A stretch of DNA of 16,288 nt from an uncultured bacterium (lineage in GTDB: Bacteria > CAIJMQ01), in contig CAZNJA010000029.1 of NCBI GenBank assembly GCA_964573245.1, positions 1-16,288 of the forward strand, read 5' to 3'. This document shows positions 10,214 through 16,288 of the stretch, in pieces. Every line of letters starts with the position of its first letter. Positions within the stretch are counted from its first letter, which is position 1. The notes under the pieces were generated by a model. It ran no database searches, had not been told where the DNA came from, and saw only the letters and a list, made by a program, of their open reading frames with translations. The position numbers and the translations under genes were made by a program.

Positions 10214-10399
10214 TTATCCTATCAGTATAGCCATTCCTATAAGTCCAAAGAAATATCCTGCACCAAAAGTACTTATATATCCGTGATGGCTTAAAGTGAA
10301 ACCAATAGCGGTTATAACAATAAATACTGCTAACCTAATAAGTTTTCCTGCTGTCAATTGTGGCAACATTATCGGTTTTTTTTGGTGTATTCTTTTCAT
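10214..10399 (-). CDS. Small hypothetical membrane protein (61 aa, two predicted TM helices)
   Basis: Strong SD AAAGGAG upstream on the minus strand; basic N-terminus; hydrophobic segments LIRLAVFIVITAIGFTL and FGAGYFFGLIGMAILIG. Confidence 0.7.
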   Translation of the reverse strand: MKRIHQKKPIMLPQLTAGKLIRLAVFIVITAIGFTLSHHGYISTFGAGYFFGLIGMAILIG

Positions 10400-10434
10400 A
10401 TAACGGCTCTCCTTTCAACGTGCAGTTTATCATA

Positions 10435-10463
10435 TTGCATAATTAAATAAAGTGGGGTATCAT
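10435..10463 (+). promoter_or_regulatory. Sigma-70-type promoter for the Fic gene (near-leaderless)
   Basis: TTGCAT (10435-10440), 17 bp, TATCAT (10458-10463); GTG start 8 nt downstream; no SD. Confidence 0.55.
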
Positions 10464-10471
10464 TTGCCATA

Positions 10472-11317
10472 GTGAATAGCTATTATTGTCTACTTATAGT
10501 TTTAATTATATCCTGGCTGGTTGGCATAGTGATATATATTGCGCAAAAAAGGATAAGCGAAACAAGACAAAGAGAAAATTTCCTTATTCTTTACTATGAA
10601 TTTAAAAAATCTGATAAGAAACGTATCTTGGCAGAAGATATTACCAAGACGCAGAACAAACTTGCGGCGGAATTCAGAAAGTTACAAAGGAAAATCACTA
10701 AAGCGCTTGCCAATAATGATTTGGATAACGCAATCGCTTTAGCGGAGAAATATTCCGAGATAGTAAGCGCAATTGCCAAGAAAAAGGAAAATACTCTTTC
10801 ATCTGATTTGCAGACGGACAATCTCACGATAAAAAAACTTTTGAAACTTCATTGTTCTTTGTTTCCTAAAAACTACGAACTTGCGGGTAAAATAAGAAAA
10901 GTCAGAGTATGTATAGAAAGTGAAAAGTCCAAGCGGCCGCGTCTTTTGCCCCCGCCGGCGGATAAAGTTCAGCATCTTTTGACGAATATACTATTGTGGT
11001 GGTGTGATAAATCAAAAAAGATTCAGAACAGCACTAAGGAAGAGAAAATTGACGCAATAGTTCAGTTCCATCACCAATTTTTAGTGATTCACCCGTTTTT
11101 GGACGGTAATGGCAGAGTTGCAAGATTATTGCTCGGACTTCAACTAAAAGAGCAGTTTCAAAAAGACGTCAAAGTAGAATTCTCAAAAGATGAATATTAT
11201 AAAGCGCTTTCGTGTGCGGACAACAAAGACCGCACCAAATTAATAGAGTTGGTTGCAAATCTTTTGAACGGAAAGTTAGAAAACTCACCGCTTAAGAAGC
11301 CGTTTTACAATGGTTGA
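10472..11317 (+). CDS. Fic-domain protein with an N-terminal transmembrane anchor
   Basis: Canonical Fic motif HPFLDGNGRVAR; upstream LTIKKLLKLHCSLF and AGKIRKVRV; downstream EYYKAL..AD; N-terminal hydrophobic helix LLIVLIISWLVGIVIYIA followed by a Lys-rich helical linker. Confidence 0.92.
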   Translation: MNSYYCLLIVLIISWLVGIVIYIAQKRISETRQRENFLILYYEFKKSDKKRILAEDITKTQNKLAAEFRKLQRKITKALANNDLDNAIALAEKYSEIVSAIAKKKENTLSSDLQTDNLTIKKLLKLHCSLFPKNYELAGKIRKVRVCIESEKSKRPRLLPPPADKVQHLLTNILLWWCDKSKKIQNSTKEEKIDAIVQFHHQFLVIHPFLDGNGRVARLLLGLQLKEQFQKDVKVEFSKDEYYKALSCADNKDRTKLIELVANLLNGKLENSPLKKPFYNG

Positions 11318-11331
11318 CAAATGACTATGTT

Positions 11332-12225
11332 TTATTTTTCAATTAATTTTACAAGCTTGTTTTCAACACTACTGGAATCCGGCTTTAATCCTGCAACATC
11401 TAAAATGTCCCATGTTTCGCTGTGTTTATGCAGTTCTAAAGGTTTAATTGTTTTCAATGGGCTTAAAGTTTCAAGTTCCAAAAAATCCGCGTTTGTATAA
11501 ACTTCCACATTGCAGCCAAAGTCAGGATATTCGCCTTCTTCTCTAGAAAATGTTTTTACAAGCACTGAACCGTTGATATGATATGCTACCCATGACGGGT
11601 GCGCTATCGTTCCTATTTTTATGGGCTGTTTTGCCGATGGGTTTTGTTGAATAAAAATGTATTCGTCTTGCAGTGTTAATCTTTTATCGGTTAAATTGGT
11701 ATAAGGCCAAATTGCTAATCTTCTATCGGGAAGAAAACCCCTTTGCCCGGCATTAAAAGGAATAATAGCGAACCCTTCCCGTCGCATTACGGACAATGCC
11801 CAGCACGCAAGTGTAATAGGGGATTTCCCTATGTTTTTTATTTTGTGTGTAACCTTTAATCCGCCTTTTGAATGCGGTTTTATTTCTATTTCTTTCTGAA
11901 CAGAATTTCTCTTTTCGGGATTTCCAACAATTAAAATGCCATCTTTTGTTTTTTCTATCTTTATCGGCTTGTCATCCATCGAATAAGTGCGCGGCATCTC
12001 TTCCGGAGAAACCCATAACCTATGCCCGCCATACATTTTCCAAAATCCGTTGGGGGTTTCCTCTCCTGCGTCGGGAAGATGTCCAAACAAATTAAAATCC
12101 GGATTTTTCTTATCCGCCGCATAAAGAATTCTCGGCCCCACATCTGTTGCTATGCCTATAATAATATTATTTATGCATAACTCTTTTACTTTTAATTCCC
12201 CCACTTTTTTTTCTTGCATTTCCAT
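11332..12225 (-). CDS. Conserved hypothetical protein, DUF4380-like (probable galactose-mutarotase-like beta-sandwich)
   Basis: 297-aa ORF with SD AGGAGG; motifs GPRI, GGHRLWVSPE, WPYT, YPDFG..E.Y and LELETL. Family assigned by recall, not by search. Confidence 0.75.
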   Translation of the reverse strand: MEMQEKKVGELKVKELCINNIIIGIATDVGPRILYAADKKNPDFNLFGHLPDAGEETPNGFWKMYGGHRLWVSPEEMPRTYSMDDKPIKIEKTKDGILIVGNPEKRNSVQKEIEIKPHSKGGLKVTHKIKNIGKSPITLACWALSVMRREGFAIIPFNAGQRGFLPDRRLAIWPYTNLTDKRLTLQDEYIFIQQNPSAKQPIKIGTIAHPSWVAYHINGSVLVKTFSREEGEYPDFGCNVEVYTNADFLELETLSPLKTIKPLELHKHSETWDILDVAGLKPDSSSVENKLVKLIEK

Positions 12226-12250
12226 AATAACCCTCCTGTATGAAGTCCAA

Positions 12251-12279
12251 ATTATACATGATTACGCACCATTATGGAA
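12251..12279 (-). promoter_or_regulatory. Possible sigma-70 promoter for the DUF4380-like gene
   Basis: Minus strand TTCCAT, 17 bp, TATAAT (reverse complement of ATTATA at 12251-12256), upstream of the SD. Confidence 0.5.
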
Positions 12280-12283
12280 CTTT

Positions 12284-12312
12284 TTGAAAATATCATATAC
12301 TTCTGTTAAAAT
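12284..12312 (+). promoter_or_regulatory. Sigma-70 promoter for the HAD gene
   Basis: TTGAAA (12284-12289), 17 bp, TAAAAT (12307-12312) with extended TG-n. Confidence 0.7.
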
Positions 12313-12339
12313 GTGAGCTTCTTTTTAGAAGAGGGAAAT

Positions 12340-12999
12340 ATGTCTATAAAAGGAATAATATTCGATGTTGACGGCGTTATCTTCGATTCGGAAAAACTGC
12401 ACGCAGAAGCGTGGAAGAGCGTGTTTGAAAAAAGAAATATCTTTCTTGCAGACGACAAAAGCGGGGTAGGGCGTTCGGACAGGGAGTTTCTGCTGGAATT
12501 GAAAGAAAAGGGAGCAATACCTCAACATATGAATATACTTGAAATACAAAAGGAAAAATTATCTATTTTAATTGAACTTTCAAATAAAAACGTAGAGTTG
12601 TTTCCAAAAGTAAAAGAACTACTAAATTTACTTAAAAAGAAATATGTTTTAGCTGTTGCATCAAATTCAGATAAAAGTTTTATCCTAAATGTTATTCGCA
12701 ATACGAACATCTTGCATTATTTTCGAAGCGTTCTTGCTATCAACGATGTAAAGGAACCTAAACCTTCGCCCGAAATATATCTTTTGGCTGCGGAGAAAAT
12801 TGGGCTAAAACCGCAAGAATGTGTTGTCATAGAAGATTCGACGTTCGGAATAGAAGCAGCAAAAAGAGCAAAAATGAAATGCATAGCCATTGCGCATACG
12901 CTTCCCAAAGAAAAACTACAAAAAGCAGACCTTTTGCTCAAACAAATTTATATAGAAGAAATCGAAAAGTTTATCCAAGAACAATCCAATTCATCATAA
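12340..12999 (+). CDS. HAD-superfamily phosphatase (beta-phosphoglucomutase/CbbY-like); start moved to ATG 12340
   Basis: Motif I FDVDGVIFDSE, motif II VASNS, motif III KPSPEIY, motif IV IEDSTFGIEAAKRA; SD GAGGGA before ATG 12340. Confidence 0.93.
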   Translation: MSIKGIIFDVDGVIFDSEKLHAEAWKSVFEKRNIFLADDKSGVGRSDREFLLELKEKGAIPQHMNILEIQKEKLSILIELSNKNVELFPKVKELLNLLKKKYVLAVASNSDKSFILNVIRNTNILHYFRSVLAINDVKEPKPSPEIYLLAAEKIGLKPQECVVIEDSTFGIEAAKRAKMKCIAIAHTLPKEKLQKADLLLKQIYIEEIEKFIQEQSNSS

Positions 13000-13013
13000 A
13001 AAACCCGTTTGGT

Positions 13014-13042
13014 TTGGAATTATCTGTTGTCTATCTTATAAT
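13014..13042 (+). promoter_or_regulatory. Sigma-70 promoter for the Cys-rich small gene
   Basis: TTGGAA (13014-13019), 17 bp, TATAAT (13037-13042), followed by SD AAAGGA. Confidence 0.65.
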
Positions 13043-13059
13043 TTGTGTAAAAGGAAAAT

Positions 13060-13278
13060 ATGAGTATGGAATGCAAAATTACACAAAATAAAAAAAGGTG
13101 CAATTGCACTTACGAACCATGTTCTAGAAAAGGGATTTGCTGCGAATGCATACAATATCATCTTAAGTTAAACGAACTACCTGCTTGTTTTTTCCCTGAC
13201 GAGGTAGAAAAGACATATGACCGCTCGATAGAAAAATTTATACAAATTCATAGTAACAGAGCGAGTAGGGGAAAATAA
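13060..13278 (+). CDS. Small Cys-rich protein, DUF6485-like (putative metal-binding)
   Basis: [22 protein letters not shown]...ELPACFF....EKTYDRS pattern; SD and own promoter. Family assigned by recall. Confidence 0.85.
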   Translation: MSMECKITQNKKRCNCTYEPCSRKGICCECIQYHLKLNELPACFFPDEVEKTYDRSIEKFIQIHSNRASRGK

Positions 13279-13290
13279 TCCTACTCTTTT
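13263..13290 (+). terminator. Possible intrinsic terminator overlapping the stop codon of the Cys-rich gene
   Basis: GAGTAGG (13263-13269) / CCTACTC (13280-13286) stem followed by TTTT. Confidence 0.55.
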
Positions 13291-13428
13291 AGTAACGGAA
13301 GTGCCTATTATGCCCAAAATCATTGAAAACTCACTAACAAACGAAGCCTCAGAGTCATCCCTCATTGAGAAATCGTCTCTAAAGCGAAATTTGGGGTGTT
13401 TAGCCTTTGAGCATACCGATTTATAAAT

Positions 13429-13686
13429 ATGGATAACAAAAAAACACAAAAAATAGCCGTAGAAAAGTTTAAAGAAAGAAGAATGGCGCTAAATATCAGC
13501 CAAAATGACTTTGCAAAGGTTGCAAAAATTTCCTACAGGACTGTTCTGAGGTTTGAGCAGGGAAAAACAGTCAGCAGTAAGTCGGTTGACAAAATTGTAC
13601 ATACATTGAAAATGCTTGAATCCCATCCTAAAAACGAAAACCTATGGTGGAAAAGCCATAAAAACAGTCTTTCCGGAAAGCCATAA
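13429..13686 (+). CDS. XRE/Cro-C1 family helix-turn-helix protein
   Basis: FKERRMALNISQNDFAKVAKISYRTVLRFEQG matches the HTH_XRE pattern (R...lSQ..lA....iS..t..r.E.G). Confidence 0.85.
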   Translation: MDNKKTQKIAVEKFKERRMALNISQNDFAKVAKISYRTVLRFEQGKTVSSKSVDKIVHTLKMLESHPKNENLWWKSHKNSLSGKP

Positions 13687-13758
13687 TCTTGTTTTTTACC
13701 CCATATTGTCAGTTATCATAAGATATATTATGTTAACTTTAGTGTATATGAAAACAAC

Positions 13759-13955
13759 TTTTCCACAGGCGCGGATTCAACATACAATAATTATTAAGTA
13801 AAGTTGTTTTAGTATTCTTTAATAAAGAACTTATGACTATTTATGTTTACTCTGTTTTCTATAAATTGTGGGTAATGTGGATAACAAATGCAGAGTAAAG
13901 TAGGAGTTTTTGATGCCCAAAAAGCATTTGAATAGGGAAATTGTATTTTTACACG
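13759..13955. other. DnaA-box cluster with an AT-rich core; candidate replication origin (oriC-like)
   Basis: TTTTCCACA (13759-13767), degenerate GATTCAACA (13774-13782), trio-like TAC AAT AAT TAT TAA (13783-13797), AT-rich tract to ~13866, oppositely oriented tandem TGTGGGTAA TGTGGATAA (13867-13884), and TTTTACACG (13947-13955). Confidence 0.6.
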
Positions 13956-14091
13956 AGAGGACATAATTTGTTACAAAAATGTCCATATTGTAGGAAGGCG
14001 GCTTTTTGTAAGAAGAGTGGTTATATTACCCTACCCTAGAAATAGCCTATAAACGCAATTTAAGTGGCATTTCGAAATTTTCCGGAAAAAG

Positions 14092-14120
14092 TTGATTAAT
14101 CGGATGCGAATTAATATAAT
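14092..14120 (+). promoter_or_regulatory. Sigma-70 promoter for the partner-switching operon
   Basis: TTGATT (14092-14097), 17 bp, TATAAT (14115-14120). Confidence 0.72.
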
Positions 14121-14131
14121 TGCCTCTGACA

Positions 14132-15841
14132 ATGTTGAAAAATATAGAATCTTTAAATAAACAGATTGCGGACGCCAACCAAAAAATAAAAAATCTTTCA
14201 AAACTGCTTAAAGTAGCCGAAATCATAGTTTCTGCAACGCATATAGATGACCTTTTGGAAGTAATCATGCGAATGGCGGAAGAAATAATGGACGCAGAAG
14301 CATCTTCTTTGACGCTTATAGACAAAAAAACAAACGAATTAAGGTTTGTTATTGCCCGAGGAGAAGCTGGGGAAGCAATCAAGAGTAAATCCATAAAATT
14401 GGGGCAGGGAATTTGTGGATGGGTGACAAAAACGGGAGAATCCCTGACAATAAACAATCCTTATAAAGACCCGCGGTTCGACCCTTCCTTCGACAAAAAA
14501 TCCGGTTTCAGGACCCGTTCTTATTTATGTATGCCGTTAAAAACTTTCGACGGAACCGTTATAGGCACAGTCCAAGTCCTCAATAAAAGAAAAGGCAAAT
14601 TCACCAAAAAAGACGCTGAACTGTTCGCCAATTTTTGCAATTTGAGCGCTATCGCTATAAGGAACCAGCAACTTATAAACAGTCGAAACGAGCAACAACA
14701 GATACAGGCTGATTTAGATTATGCGCGCTCGATACAACAGAGTTTCCTTCCCAAAGAAATACCGCGGATAAAAGATTATCGTTTCGAATCTTTTTACTTT
14801 GCCGCCAAAGAAGTCGGCGGAGATTTTTATGATATTGTTCCTTTAGACATAAACAGAACCGCTGTTTATATCGCAGACGTTTCGGGCAAAGGCATCCCTG
14901 CCGCGCTGTTTATGTCTAAAATGAGTTCGGATTTGAGATTTTTGCTCGAGAACGAAAAAGACCAATTGTCCGTAATGGAAAAAATAAATAATCAAATCCT
15001 CGAAAGAAGCTCAAGGGGAATGTTCATAACGCTTCTGCTTTTGGTTATAGAATTAAAAACAGGAAAAGTGAAGGTGTTCAATGCGGGACACATCTCTCCG
15101 TTGATTGTCGGGGATTCAGGCATAAATATTTTTCAAAGGAGCGAAAATCCGCCGGTCGGTATAATAAAAGGAATTGACTTCCAAACGCAGGATTTCACGT
15201 TAAAACCATCAGAAAGAATTATCCTTATGACAGACGGCTTGACGGATATAAAAGACGAGAACAATAAAATACTGGGCATCGGCGGAATAAAAAAAATAGT
15301 GGAAAAACACAGCATTTCCGATGATTTCAAAGGGGATTTTCTGAAAGAAATAGATAATCTTATAAAAAAGACCGGTCAGCCCGACGACATCACGATGATA
15401 AGCGTTTTGCGCTCTCCCCTACTCGCTTTTATGCATGAGGAAATCGTGACCTTTACGGACGCCGACCACACCGAAACAATCAAAAATATAATTTCGAAAA
15501 CCGCAAGTAAAATCGGATTTGACAGAAAAGACATCAGCCTGATTATAGTTGCGGTTTTGGAAGCGCTCTCAAATATTGTAAAATATGCCTACGAACAAGA
15601 AGTCGGGAAAATTGAAATTAGGGTTTTAGGCGAAAGCAAAACATTAAAAATTTTCTTAAGGGATTACGGCAAGAAAGTTGACGAAGAAAAAATCGTCTCA
15701 AGAGATTTGCAGGATATAAGGCCCGGAGGATTGGGAGTCCATTTCATGAAAGAAATTATGGACTCGGTTGAATATCTCCCGGCAAAAGACGGTAATGAAT
15801 TAAGGCTGATAAAAAAATTAGCAGGCAAAGAGAGGGGATAA
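14132..15841 (+). CDS. GAF + SpoIIE/RsbU-type PP2C phosphatase + C-terminal RsbW-like HATPase (anti-sigma kinase) fusion; start likely ATG 14132
   Basis: GAF: GQGICGWV, DPRFDPSFDKKSGFRTRSYLCMPL, QVLNK. PP2C: VGGDFYD, IADVSGKG, NAGH, TDGLTD, DDIT. Kinase: EALSNIVKYAY, RDYG, GGLGVHFM, GNEL. The TTG at 14120 overlaps the -10 box. Confidence 0.93.
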   Translation: MLKNIESLNKQIADANQKIKNLSKLLKVAEIIVSATHIDDLLEVIMRMAEEIMDAEASSLTLIDKKTNELRFVIARGEAGEAIKSKSIKLGQGICGWVTKTGESLTINNPYKDPRFDPSFDKKSGFRTRSYLCMPLKTFDGTVIGTVQVLNKRKGKFTKKDAELFANFCNLSAIAIRNQQLINSRNEQQQIQADLDYARSIQQSFLPKEIPRIKDYRFESFYFAAKEVGGDFYDIVPLDINRTAVYIADVSGKGIPAALFMSKMSSDLRFLLENEKDQLSVMEKINNQILERSSRGMFITLLLLVIELKTGKVKVFNAGHISPLIVGDSGINIFQRSENPPVGIIKGIDFQTQDFTLKPSERIILMTDGLTDIKDENNKILGIGGIKKIVEKHSISDDFKGDFLKEIDNLIKKTGQPDDITMISVLRSPLLAFMHEEIVTFTDADHTETIKNIISKTASKIGFDRKDISLIIVAVLEALSNIVKYAYEQEVGKIEIRVLGESKTLKIFLRDYGKKVDEEKIVSRDLQDIRPGGLGVHFMKEIMDSVEYLPAKDGNELRLIKKLAGKERG

Positions 15842-16149
15842 TGGACATAAAAATTATAGACGAATCCGGCGACCAGGCAACAGTATCTCTAAACGGGACC
15901 ATAACATTTAAAAACTCCAATGAATTACGAGTTGCTCTGACAAACCTTGGTAAGAAAAAAATAAAAAAAATACGCATAGATATGAATGGCGTAGATTATC
16001 TGGATTCTTCGGCAATCGCAACTTTTATCGAATGCTTAAAAATAACCAAAGCGTATGGCGGAGAACTTGTGCTTTTTAATTTGAACGAAACATGCAAAGA
16101 TATTTTTATGATTGCGCGATTAGATAAAATTTTTACTTTCGAAAATTAA
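15841..16149 (+). CDS. STAS-domain anti-sigma factor antagonist (RsbV/SpoIIAA family)
   Basis: IDMNGVDYLDSSAIATF contains the phospho-acceptor Ser; ends IFMIARLDKIF; coupled to the upstream gene by a TAATG overlap. Confidence 0.95.
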   Translation: MDIKIIDESGDQATVSLNGTITFKNSNELRVALTNLGKKKIKKIRIDMNGVDYLDSSAIATFIECLKITKAYGGELVLFNLNETCKDIFMIARLDKIFTFEN

Positions 16150-16156
16150 AAATAAT

Positions 16157-16205
16157 GGTTATCGCGAAAACCCCTGCCCGCAAAAATCGGCAGGCGGGGA
16201 TAACC
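16157..16205. repeat. REP-like compound palindrome downstream of the STAS gene
   Basis: Outer stem GGTTATC (16157-16163) / GATAACC (16199-16205); inner stem CCTGCC (16173-16178) / GGCAGG (16189-16194). Confidence 0.7.
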
Positions 16206-16288
16206 CCCTTAGAAATTCTATGGAATTTCAAGGACCAAAGTCCCGGAAATCTTTCCCTGAGGAATGCAGAGCATTCCCAGGACTAAAG
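16206..16288. repeat. Two tandem bulged-hairpin repeat units, 49-nt period, running to the window edge
   Basis: Unit 1 CCCTTAGAAATTCTATGGAATTTCAAGGACCAAAG (16206-16240); unit 2 CCCTGAGGAATGCAGAGCATTCCCAGGACTAAAG (16255-16288). Confidence 0.75.

Noticed and set aside
13616-13801. 61-aa ORF downstream of the XRE gene
   Set aside because: Overlaps the XRE CDS and the DnaA-box region, has no SD and is likely spurious.
14065-14080. TGGCA upstream of the PP2C fusion as a sigma-54 promoter
   Set aside because: No GC at the -12 position; a good sigma-70 promoter explains the region.
16206-16288. CRISPR array interpretation of the terminal repeats
   Set aside because: The units are not near-identical, the gap between them is only 14 nt, and no cas genes are in the window.

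Overview
AT-rich bacterial chromosomal window. The DnaK carries the N-terminal insert typical of diderms; the lineage cannot be assigned from the sequence. Left to right: the 3' end of a sigma-54 (NtrC/Fis-type) activator; a sigma-54 -24/-12 promoter before dnaK-grpE-degP(htrA); groES-groEL with its own extended -10 promoter and terminator; a GlmU-like nucleotidyltransferase that lacks the acetyltransferase motifs; a GlmM/PMM-family phosphohexomutase; an accessory patch (frameshifted lipoprotein-like pseudogene, 61-aa membrane protein, membrane-anchored Fic protein); a DUF4380-like protein divergent from a HAD phosphatase; a DUF6485-like Cys-rich protein; a small XRE regulator; a ~440-bp intergenic region with DnaA boxes around an AT-rich core (candidate oriC, no dnaA in the window); a GAF-PP2C-RsbW-kinase fusion with a STAS anti-anti-sigma factor; and a cluster of palindromes at the right edge, including two tandem hairpins with compensatory base changes. 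No rRNA, tRNA, CRISPR array or transposase was seen. All calls come from reading motifs by eye; no searches were run.
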